This document shows positions 46,629 through 55,217 of a stretch of 64,000 nt of DNA, piece after piece. The stretch comes from an uncultured virus (IMG/VR IMGVR_UViG_3300049433_000291) (lineage: Duplodnaviria; Heunggongvirae; Uroviricota; Caudoviricetes): IMG/VR virus record IMGVR_UViG_3300049433_000291. One strand, written 5' to 3'. Each line of letters begins with the position of its first letter. Within the stretch, counting starts at the first letter, position 1. Under the pieces are notes generated by a model. That model was not told where the DNA came from and ran no database searches. It saw nothing but the letters and a program-made list of their open reading frames with translations. Position numbers and translations under genes: made by a program.

Positions 46629-47007
46629 TTTGAGTTTCCTTCTTGTTGATCGGCGAACTCGCTGATTTTGGTGAGTTCGTTGATGGAGATCGTAATTCGA
46701 AAGGGAGCAATCCTTCATTGAATTCGCCGAGGCTCGTTGAATCAACTCGTTTAGCGAAGCGGTGAATTTTGATGCTTGCAGTTTTAACGGTAGCCAAGGA
46801 AAAGCCGCCCGCGCAGAGTGGCGGTTAGGGTAGGGATAAGAGGCAGTGCGTAGGAGCAATTTTGTTAAGCGCCGCTGGTCTCCCGGTTCGGGGTGCGCAG
46901 GCCATGCGGCCTGAGCTTACAGGCCGGCAAAAAAGGCTTAAGCGGAAGGCCCCGGTATTGACCAGAACCTTCCGCCGACCAGATGTTTCCAGTCCTGCCT
47001 TTGGTTG

Positions 47008-47367
47008 TTAGCCTTGAAAATTTCCTTTTCGCTTAATTCGGGCTTTTCGGATGACGTTCCCAAATCCGGGGGATGTGGTGATCGCGTAGCGCAGAGGATC
47101 GGGCATGTTGAAGCGATTGGAGCGGAGCGCGTGTCCGTCTTCAGCAAAAGAGTAAATGTTCTGAGGCTTGAGCGCGCCGGTTTGGGCGTATGCGATTGCT
47201 GCGCCTTTGATGGTCTTGGCTGCAGAGAGGTGCGGCTGGGCGCTCGTGCTTTGTTGGTCTCCGTAGTTTGCTGTTGACTTGGAGTTGGCGAAGACACTTA
47301 CGGTGAGCAAAGTTAGAGTGATGACGAGGAGGGCGAAGATTTGGCTGAATCGAGCTGACAGTTTCAT
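47008..47367 (-). CDS. Small secreted or membrane hypothetical protein
   Basis: AGGAG RBS; signal-peptide-like N-terminus. Confidence 0.55.
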   Translation of the reverse strand: MKLSARFSQIFALLVITLTLLTVSVFANSKSTANYGDQQSTSAQPHLSAAKTIKGAAIAYAQTGALKPQNIYSFAEDGHALRSNRFNMPDPLRYAITTSPGFGNVIRKARIKRKGNFQG

Positions 47368-47439
47368 GGCATGCTCCTGGAGAAGTTGAAGTCGGTTTCA
47401 TGGATTCCGCCTTCTTTTCTGTGCGGCGGATAGACGTTT

Positions 47440-48135
47440 CTAAAGTATGGCGACGAGAGCCGGGTTATAGCTTGCCAATTGGCCCGCGTAGCGGCGGAGA
47501 AGCTTTCTGCCGGCGGCCAGCTCGCGCGGGTTGAGAACTGTTTTTGTTGCGAGGCGGTGACCGAAGTCTGCGTCGAATTTGCTGAATCCGACTCCGTCGC
47601 GCGTGCGAGCGCCGTCGCAATCGTTTGCAAGATATTGGAGACCTTCGGAAACGGCGTTTCGGAGAGCTGGTGTGATTACGTTTTCTAGTCGTTGCACGGC
47701 TTCAGTGAGTATGAGTTCAGTGACTTCGCCAATTTCGGCGATGGAGCGTGCGATCGTGTCCGCGGCTTCCTGCTCTGTGTTGCCGTTATGGCCTTTGATC
47801 CATTCGTAACTGACTTCGTGGATCTTCGCGGCGCTGTCGAGTCTGGCCCAGCAGTCGTGATTGGTTCTACGTTTGAATTCGCCTTTCATCGTTTCGACTA
47901 CGTAGCGCGAGTCGGAACGAACTATCACTGTGCATGGTTCTTTCAGGGATTCGAGCCCGCGCGTAACGGCGATTATTTCAGCGCGCTGGTTGGTGCTTTC
48001 GCCGATGTATTCAGCAACGGCGCGGCGGCGTCCCTGGTAGTTTAGGATAGCGGCAGCGGCGGCGCGTGTTTGGGCTTGGCCGTTTCCGAGGCAGGCGCCG
48101 TCGGCGGTGATTGTGACGAGTTTTCGTGCAGACAT
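47440..48135 (-). CDS. rnhA: Ribonuclease HI fused to an extra C-terminal domain
   Basis: ADGACLGN, STNQRAEI.A, SDSRYV, WIKGHNG..EQE.AD; extension CDGA..RDGVGFSKFD. Confidence 0.88.
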   Translation of the reverse strand: MSARKLVTITADGACLGNGQAQTRAAAAAILNYQGRRRAVAEYIGESTNQRAEIIAVTRGLESLKEPCTVIVRSDSRYVVETMKGEFKRRTNHDCWARLDSAAKIHEVSYEWIKGHNGNTEQEAADTIARSIAEIGEVTELILTEAVQRLENVITPALRNAVSEGLQYLANDCDGARTRDGVGFSKFDADFGHRLATKTVLNPRELAAGRKLLRRYAGQLASYNPALVAIL

Positions 48136-48280
48136 GATGTGCTCCGGTGGGCGACATGAAAAAAGGCGAGCCGCTTTGCGTAGTTTGCAAGCGACATGAT
48201 TGATTTGTGAGGATGACGATTTGGGCGACCCGTGGTTGGGCCGCCCAATCGTATTTGTCGGTCAGGCTTGATGACGATCC

Positions 48281-48700
48281 TCAGAAAGGAATATCGTCTT
48301 TTGGCTGACCATCGCCCTCTGCGGCTTCAGTCGAGGCTTCCGTCTCGCTGCCGGCTGCACCAGCGCGACTTCGTTTCATTCCCGCGAGGAACTGAACGTC
48401 GCTGGTGTTGATGTTCATGGTCAGGCGGGTTTCCCCATCGCGGCCTTTCCACAATTCCGGGTTGATGCGGCCCTCGAGGTAGACCGGGTCGCCCTTCTTG
48501 AGGTGCGTGGCTACCGCATCCGCGGAGTTGCCGAAGACGTTCGCCTTGAACCACAACTGCTTCTCGGTTCTGTCTTCGCCTGATCCTCGGCGCTCGTTAG
48601 CGCAAATCGAGAAAGAGGTGACGGGGTTGCCGTTGGGCATGTAGCGAAGTTCCGGGTCCGCGCCGAGATTTCCAACGACAGTTACTTTTGCAAATGACAT
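48281..48700 (-). CDS. ssb: Single-stranded DNA-binding protein
   Basis: KVTVVGNLGADPELRY...KKGD.VYLEGR; DDIPF tail. Confidence 0.95.
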   Translation of the reverse strand: MSFAKVTVVGNLGADPELRYMPNGNPVTSFSICANERRGSGEDRTEKQLWFKANVFGNSADAVATHLKKGDPVYLEGRINPELWKGRDGETRLTMNINTSDVQFLAGMKRSRAGAAGSETEASTEAAEGDGQPKDDIPF

Positions 48701-49554
48701 GATCTGAAGACTCCTTTGAGAGTGGGTGACTTTAGCTTGTTTAGTGAAATGAACGACCTGCGTTTTACGGACAAGTTGTTCGCTAATGTCAGATTCACCT
48801 GTCGGGTGAACTGACTGTGACGGTTCTTGCGGTCAGCCCCAATTTTCTTTTCGTTGTTGGAGCTAGGGACTTGTTTAGATGGAATAAGGACCACGCATTG
48901 ACCTTTCCTTTCGGAGTCGGTTTCTGAGTGGCCCTCTTTCCTTTGCGTGCGGGCTTTCGAATTGCTAGACCAGGTCAAAGTAAGTTTCTTACTCCTGGTG
49001 GTCTATCGATTGCCCTTCTTTGTTGTATTGCGCTCAACCCAGTGTGGTGCGAGCACTCTTCTTTTTTGGAATGTGCTTCAAGCTGTCTGCCTCGGTTTAG
49101 ATTCTTGTTTAGATCAGCGTTTGTGATCGGGCGGCGTGTTTGAGGGCCGCTATGATTGTTTCGGCGTTGATGAGGAGTAGAACAGAAAGGTAAAACGCAA
49201 GGCTCATTGCGAGCGTTTGGTGGCTATGCTGGATGAACAGGTAGTTGGTTGCGTTTTCAATCATCTCTAACTCCTTGGCTGCCAACGCCTATGTTGGTTG
49301 CAACACCTTACTTTCCGCTAACTTTGTCCGGTGCCTAAAACTGGAGTTTTGCGGGGCTGGATGTGAAGAATCACATCCGAGGGTCCGATTCTGGTGCTGC
49401 TGGTGTTTTCGGATCCGAAACACGACTATGGTTTGCACGCCTTGTGCGAGCGCGGGAGGCAGGGACGCGCTCTTGCCCGTTGGGACGTGCGAGGGAAAGC
49501 CGGGCGCTCCCCAGGAACTGTTTCAGAGTTTGCCGTCAGCTTAAATCCGCTCTT

Positions 49555-49815
49555 TTATCCGTGAAGTGATGGTCCGTCGTATGCGATGGTCCAGCCATTT
49601 TGGAGAGTGATTTCGAGTTGTTCTTTGAAAACCGTTTGGGCGGTTTTTGCTTCGCGGTAGATGCGTATCGCTGGTTCTTCTAGTCTCGTATCAATGGTGA
49701 CTAATCGGCTCTCATTGGGAAAGATTGCGAGGCTGAAGAGGCCGAGCATTTTTGTTTTGACGAGGAGTACGGTTCGCCTCGTTTTGGGTTTTGGGAGTGT
49801 TTGTTTTATGAACAT
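49555..49815 (-). CDS. Small hypothetical protein
   Basis: Co-oriented 86-aa ORF. Confidence 0.55.
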   Translation of the reverse strand: MFIKQTLPKPKTRRTVLLVKTKMLGLFSLAIFPNESRLVTIDTRLEEPAIRIYREAKTAQTVFKEQLEITLQNGWTIAYDGPSLHG

Positions 49816-49855
49816 ATCGTTTTTAGTTGGTGGTTGGTAAGAGCGGAAGATAGTG

Positions 49856-49898
49856 CCTACAGCACGGTTGTTCGCTGTCGCAATTACCGTGCTGTAGG
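49856..49898. terminator. 13-bp perfect inverted repeat (terminator or stabilising hairpin)
   Basis: CCTACAGCACGGT-N17-ACCGTGCTGTAGG just downstream of the 49911 stop; no T-run. Confidence 0.55.
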
Positions 49899-49910
49899 TG
49901 ATGAGAAGGT

Positions 49911-51845
49911 TTAGGCTGCGACTGGCTCAGCTACGCCGGACGAGGCTTTGAGGCTTTCCCAGACGGTTGCTGTGTCAGCGGCCGTGAGCAAGTGGATCAT
50001 GTTATGCGCTTCGTTCGGACGGCCGGTTTGGCGATCCTGGTAGAAAGCGAAGCGAAGGTACATGCGTTTACCCTGGCTGGCGCTTTGGATCATGGCGAGC
50101 AGTCCGTTAAAGATGCGTCCATACAGCTCGGGCCGTTCGTCGCGGAGAAGGCGGCAAATTCGTTCACGCTCTTGGTTGGGTAATGTGTGCATTGCAGTGG
50201 CCAGGGTGCGGAGTTCGCGAGTTGGAATCTTCCTTGCTATTGCGATGACGGGGATTGCGGGAATGAAGGTGCGTTCCCTGCCGTCGACGTTTTTGATCAC
50301 TTGCACTGCAGTTGATTCAAAGCGAGCACGTTTTACCTCATAGAGAGTGTTAAGGGCAGTGAACATTTTGATCGAGATGCTATTTTTCAGGCGTGCTTGA
50401 TACGCTTCCTGAATCGTGGTGATAAGGGGGCGCACTTCGGAAGCTTCAGCGATCGCGTTGTGGAAAGCACGGAATGCTGCAGAACGATTCATGCTGCGAA
50501 GAATGAAATCGCGCTGCATGGCTTCGAGTAAAATGTCCAGGACCTCACGGACGTACTGGCGCTCCTCACGGTTCGGGTAGACAGAGACGCGATAGGTGTA
50601 TTCGAACAATGCTGTTCGGGTGCCAACGGGTTTGCTCTGGGGGCACGTTCCATCGGCGCGGAGACGTGTTGGCTCAAGCCGAGTGCTGACAGCGCGCATG
50701 GTGCGTGTCACGCGGGCGTATTTATCGGAAGGGTCGCCGTAAATTCGGTTGAGGCTGAATTCGATGAAGCCGTCGATGGTTTCCATGTCCTCGCCTTCGA
50801 TAAAAAGCTGGCGAATGTCGCTGGCGATGATTCTGGGTTCCTGCGGCAAGTAGTCCTCGGTAACGTCGTCTTCGAGGGTGCCGTCAACGACGAAGCGTTC
50901 GCCGTCGCTCATGTGGAGGGAAACTACTCCGCCTTCGCTATATTGCTCGGTTACGCGCTCATGGCTCTCGAGGACGGCTTCAAGGCCTTCTTCCTGCATT
51001 CCGGAGTCGGCCATATCGCTCAGGTAAGATTGGAATTGAGCCTCTTCGTTGTAAACGATGCCAGAGGAATGGGCCGGGGAGATCTTGCTGCAGATTGCTT
51101 TGAGCTCGGCAGCAAACGGGCCTGTTGCTTCGTGATTGAACAGAACTTCTTCGCAACGTAGTTCGAAGAGATCCTGGCGTTCGCGGGCGGTGAGTTGTTC
51201 GTCGCGAACTGAGTAGATTTCGACTGCTTGGGGTTCTTCAAGTAAGCGATCTTCGTTTGTGGACGTGACGTCAGTCAGTGCCATTGCGAAGAAAGCGATT
51301 TCTTTTAGAACTTGGCGGTTGATTTCGGCGCGAGCGTCGGAGATCTCGTCCAGTGAAGCGCCACGGTTTGCAATCATGTATTGGCCATGACGGGTGCTGA
51401 TCTCGCGATAGCCCCATGAAGCCCAGATTTGCAGTGAGCGGGGATCGGCTTCGACGCCAGCGGAGACGGCCTGCTTGACGACGCGTACGAATTCAACGGC
51501 ATCGTCGTTATTGGCGAGCTGCTTTTCGGCGTAAGGGACCGCCAGGATTTTGTATTGCTGTTCGGCTTCGTCGACCGGTCCGAGGTCGATTTCGACACGG
51601 CCCAGTACACGCCCGCCGATGAGTTGCGTCGATTCGAGATCAATGCGCGTGATGTTTCCGCTGTAGAGAGTCTGTAGTCTTAGTCCCTGGCGGCTGCTGG
51701 GTAGCACGCTGTCGACGTCAACTCGGCGGTTGGCGAACTTTTCGAGATGAGCGTTGAAGTCATAGTTCGGGTTGCCAGTGTCGACGGGGTGAAACAAAAG
51801 GTGAAGCGAGTTAGGGGCGTAACGTTGAAGAAATTGTGTTTGCAC
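49911..51845 (-). CDS. Large hypothetical protein
   Basis: GTG 51845 with GGAGG RBS; no family recognised. Confidence 0.75.
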   Translation of the reverse strand: MQTQFLQRYAPNSLHLLFHPVDTGNPNYDFNAHLEKFANRRVDVDSVLPSSRQGLRLQTLYSGNITRIDLESTQLIGGRVLGRVEIDLGPVDEAEQQYKILAVPYAEKQLANNDDAVEFVRVVKQAVSAGVEADPRSLQIWASWGYREISTRHGQYMIANRGASLDEISDARAEINRQVLKEIAFFAMALTDVTSTNEDRLLEEPQAVEIYSVRDEQLTARERQDLFELRCEEVLFNHEATGPFAAELKAICSKISPAHSSGIVYNEEAQFQSYLSDMADSGMQEEGLEAVLESHERVTEQYSEGGVVSLHMSDGERFVVDGTLEDDVTEDYLPQEPRIIASDIRQLFIEGEDMETIDGFIEFSLNRIYGDPSDKYARVTRTMRAVSTRLEPTRLRADGTCPQSKPVGTRTALFEYTYRVSVYPNREERQYVREVLDILLEAMQRDFILRSMNRSAAFRAFHNAIAEASEVRPLITTIQEAYQARLKNSISIKMFTALNTLYEVKRARFESTAVQVIKNVDGRERTFIPAIPVIAIARKIPTRELRTLATAMHTLPNQERERICRLLRDERPELYGRIFNGLLAMIQSASQGKRMYLRFAFYQDRQTGRPNEAHNMIHLLTAADTATVWESLKASSGVAEPVAA

Positions 51846-52247
51846 GGGTTGCCTCCAGATGCAAAGGACGGAAATAGTTAGGTAAAGCACCCATTGCAGT
51901 CAGAACTAAAACCCTGCTTTGGTTTTTGAAGTTGGAGATGTCGGGGGGAACGTGTGAGGAACGCTCGTCCGAATTAGCAGATGGGGAACGGCTGAGAGAA
52001 GGCGCCCAACATGGAATCGTAGAGGCTCGCTGAAATCGCTGAGCTCCTTGTGTTACGTGCTGCTCGCATTCCGAATATTTTTTGGAGCATGGTTGGTTAG
52101 AGCACTCGGATACAACACGGGCTTTGGAGGAGGCTGATCTTCTGTTTGGGTTGCGAAGTTAGAGAGGTGCGGGTTGTGCGAAGTTGAGGCTACTTCGTTT
52201 CTTTGCCGTGCGCGGAAAAGCCGCCAGCCGTAGGCGCGGTAGTGTCG

Positions 52248-52326
52248 GGAACTACTTTAGGAGTTCCGGAGCAATTTTTTCGGCGAGAGATTTTGTCTCC
52301 CGGTTTGGGCCGCGCTTAGCGCGGCC
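52248..52326. other. Multi-hairpin non-coding element
   Basis: GGAACT..AGTTCC, GAGA..TCTC and GGCCGCGC-TTA-GCGCGGCC hairpins. Confidence 0.45.
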
Positions 52327-52474
52327 TGGTGTTTTTCGATCTTGTTAAGGAGAATCTTGGTGGTGGCAGTGGCGCGTGGGCGACACAATCTTGGCGCCGT
52401 GAGAATTTAGAACGACCCACGCTAGTGAATGAGGCACTTGCGTGGGTCGTTCGCTCTCTCAGGAATTGGAATTT

Positions 52475-52666
52475 ATGGTATATGTGTTCCAATATGGCTC
52501 GAATACGCTATCGAGCCGGCTGAATTCCGAAACCAGGTTAAGAGGTGATGCGCGCCCAATAGGCGCAGTCTATACGGAAGCGAATTTTGAGCTGGATTTT
52601 GACGTGTGGAGTGATACAAACAACTGTGCCGTAGCGGATATCATCCGCGCGGATCGTTGCGAATAG
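52475..52666 (+). pseudogene. Truncated gamma-glutamylcyclotransferase-like gene
   Basis: YVFQYGSN N-terminal signature and 'FELDF...S....AVADII'; stops after 63 aa. Confidence 0.6.
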
Positions 52667-52743
52667 TCCAAGCTTGAGCGATGGTGTCAGTTGCTTTAGA
52701 TAAATAGCGCATCAGACTAGATCTGCATGAGGGCGCAAGACAA

Positions 52744-54171
52744 GTGACAAACCGACATTGGCCAGTTGAATACGTAGATCAATTAATCGTCGGAGAGCCT
52801 AGCAGCAACATAGCGATTTGCTGTTTTTGGTCCAGTAAAGACCGTGTGCAAGCCGTGCTCTCTCCAGAGAGCTATTGTGTGATCGGAAATCTCTATTCGC
52901 GAGCGGGCCTTAGCCCAATGCTGCGTAACATACTCGCCAAGCCCTCGATCCGCTATTTAGTCCTCACGGGCACGTCTCTCACCGACAGTGAAGAAGCGAT
53001 GCTCGATTTCTTCAAGCACGGCGTGGACCAAGACTGGAAGATTATCACCAACGGCGCGCAAATCGACGTTGACTTACCGCTGCCAGCATTGAATGATGTC
53101 AGGAAAGGTGTCGAGCTAATTGACTTGCGGGGCTCCCAGCCTTTCGAGACAAGATTTCATGAACTAACGGGCAGCCTGGAGCCGCGTCCAGCATTTGCGA
53201 AACCGCGTACCTTTCCAAAGACGCCGCACACAGTCCAGACCTTTCCGAGCGAGTTTAGCGGCTTCATCGTTAGGCAGAGGACAATCTGTGAAGCCTGGCT
53301 CGAGATCATATGGACCGTAATGACCTTTGGGCATACGTCGCCAACGGATTATGGATTGGAGCAGAAAGAGGTCCTAGCGCTACTCTCAGTGATTGAAGAG
53401 CCACAGTCGCACCTTGACTATCTCCCGGATTGGTCCCCATTCACCAAGGAAGACATAACGAATTATGTGCACACCTTTTTGGATGCTGAGAGCCATGACA
53501 ACGTGGCATACAACTACGGCTATCGGCTGCAGTCTCATTGGACCGAGGATCAGTTGGAGAGTATGGCTACTGAGTTAAAGCGTTCAGGCCATTCTCGTCG
53601 TGCTGTCGCAAGCCTTTGGGACCCGCGTGAGGATAGTGGAACATCGGATCCTGTGTGTCTCACCACAATTCAAGCCGCAGTCCGCGATGGCAAGCTTCAT
53701 CTCATGACTTATATACGCAGCAATGACATGTTTCGCGCATATCCGCTCAATGCTGCTGCGCTGGCCGCTTTGCAACAGCGTCTTACCGAGCGAGTGGGAA
53801 AGATCGCTATCGGGTCATTAGAAATTCTTTCGTTTTCAGCACACATTTATTCCGATTGCTGGGACCTTTGTGAGCGCGCCAAGGCTGAGGCTTCCAGACT
53901 CAATCGAGGATTTCAGCAGGATGATCGCGGCAGCTTTGTTTTTCGCATGGACCATAAGCGCCTTGTCGCCGATCACTACAGTCCGCTAGGCGATCTTGTG
54001 CAAACGTTCACGTCGAAGAACGCAAGCGAGTTAACTGAGCTAATCGCACCTTTCGTCAGTCGAGTTGATCATGCGATGTATCTAGCAAGAGAGATTGGTC
54101 GTCTTGCCTCGGCCTTTGAAAATGGTCAAGCCTACGAGCAAGATGAGGTTAGAAAAGGTCGAAAAGGATAA
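52744..54171 (+). CDS. Thymidylate synthase-family protein with MtrA-like N-terminal and DUF4346-like C-terminal domains
   Basis: SRRAVASLWDP, PVCL (catalytic Cys), YIRSNDMF.AYPLN, SAHIY; N-terminal IGNLYS..GL...LRNILA.P.IRYL.L.G; C-terminal D.RGSF...SR.DHA.YL.REI...YEQD. Confidence 0.85.
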   Translation: MTNRHWPVEYVDQLIVGEPSSNIAICCFWSSKDRVQAVLSPESYCVIGNLYSRAGLSPMLRNILAKPSIRYLVLTGTSLTDSEEAMLDFFKHGVDQDWKIITNGAQIDVDLPLPALNDVRKGVELIDLRGSQPFETRFHELTGSLEPRPAFAKPRTFPKTPHTVQTFPSEFSGFIVRQRTICEAWLEIIWTVMTFGHTSPTDYGLEQKEVLALLSVIEEPQSHLDYLPDWSPFTKEDITNYVHTFLDAESHDNVAYNYGYRLQSHWTEDQLESMATELKRSGHSRRAVASLWDPREDSGTSDPVCLTTIQAAVRDGKLHLMTYIRSNDMFRAYPLNAAALAALQQRLTERVGKIAIGSLEILSFSAHIYSDCWDLCERAKAEASRLNRGFQQDDRGSFVFRMDHKRLVADHYSPLGDLVQTFTSKNASELTELIAPFVSRVDHAMYLAREIGRLASAFENGQAYEQDEVRKGRKG

Positions 54172-54176
54172 GAGCT

Positions 54177-55217
54177 ATGAACGGTGCGCCCTCACTGGAA
54201 GCAGAACTAAGACGTCGAGCGGATCTTAACGAGGATGATGCCGTAGAGCTTTGGGGGCGCTACAGCAGTATGAAGTCATACCTATCGCGAGAATACTATC
54301 CCTGGATTCAGGCCAATAGTTCCTTTTTGACTGATCACGGAGATCAGCACATAAAATCAGTGATTCAGGCAGCCAGCGCACTTATGAAAAGGCATCTGGA
54401 TCCTGAGACCGACATCAGGAGGAGAACGCTGTCTTCTTTGGATCTATTCTTAATCCTCTCTGGCATTCTGTGGCACGACGTGGGGAATGTTTATGAAAGG
54501 TCTGGCCATGCTGCACGCGTTGCACAGATGACAGAGGGAATCAAGAAACTTGGATTTCCCGACTTAGCAATTCACCGTCTCGTTGTAGAAATTGCGGCGG
54601 CTCACTCAGGCAAGACTGGATTGACGAAAGCTCGTCCTGAGGAGGATGCCTCGATGCTCCATGGAACGTACACTGTCTATACGAGAGGTTTAGCTGCTAT
54701 CGTGCGATTAGCCGACGAGGTGTCTGAGAATCGCTTCCGTATCAGCACGGAGCTATTACCAGACGTTCCTGATGAGAACCGTATATTTTGGCAGTACGCG
54801 AACAGCGTGACCGCTTCAAGACCTGAGCCTGAAAGAAGGCGAATCGTTATAACCATAGAGTTACAAGAGGAAGTGGCTATTGAAAGATTCCTATGTCCCG
54901 AGTTTCCCAGTCGAGTAGACGACGAAAGCAAGATGCACTTAATGGATTACATTGTATGTCGGCTGGAAAAGATGAACAACGAAAGGGCCTATTGCTCAGC
55001 CGCATTTGGGAGATACGACACGATCGACGAAATCGAGGCTAGGTTTGCCCTCCTGAATGGCATCAATCGGATAAAGGAAACTACTGTTTTCTTTGGAGAT
55101 GCCGGTCTCAAAAGCGGTGATCAGAACGCTTACCCAAACATAAACGTCTTCGAGGAGTTTTATACTGACCATCCAGATTGGAGACCAGAGCGGATTAAGG
55201 AGGCGCTGTCGCAATGA
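54177..55217 (+). CDS. HD-domain metal-dependent hydrolase (HD-CE-like)
   Basis: FLTDHG..HI..V, WHDVGN, H, AAAHS, LAAIVRLADE. Confidence 0.85.
   Translation: MNGAPSLEAELRRRADLNEDDAVELWGRYSSMKSYLSREYYPWIQANSSFLTDHGDQHIKSVIQAASALMKRHLDPETDIRRRTLSSLDLFLILSGILWHDVGNVYERSGHAARVAQMTEGIKKLGFPDLAIHRLVVEIAAAHSGKTGLTKARPEEDASMLHGTYTVYTRGLAAIVRLADEVSENRFRISTELLPDVPDENRIFWQYANSVTASRPEPERRRIVITIELQEEVAIERFLCPEFPSRVDDESKMHLMDYIVCRLEKMNNERAYCSAAFGRYDTIDEIEARFALLNGINRIKETTVFFGDAGLKSGDQNAYPNINVFEEFYTDHPDWRPERIKEALSQ

Larger units (their letters stand above)
42919..46662. repeat. Motif A: exact CGGCGAACTCGC at 42919, 43745, 44315, 45939, 46651; one-mismatch copies at 44045, 45110, 46294
   Basis: Five exact intergenic 12-mers in the same orientation within 3.8 kb; quasi-palindromic CGGCGA-NN-TCGC(C/T)G. 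Confidence 0.85.
41962..51920 (-). promoter_or_regulatory. Motif B: conserved upstream element, + strand AAAATCA(N5-6)TGCAGTC, at 41962-41981, 44214-44233, 44935-44953, 45470-45488 and partial at 51892-51920
   Basis: Each copy lies ~20-45 bp upstream of the start codon of a minus-strand gene. Confidence 0.75.

Noticed and set aside
42919..46662. Motif A series as a CRISPR array
   Set aside because: Repeats are only 12 bp, irregularly spaced by hundreds of bases and separated by genes; no cas genes seen
52744..54171. T4-like dCMP hydroxymethylase call
   Set aside because: Specificity residue is Asn (YPLN), typical of dUMP-using enzymes
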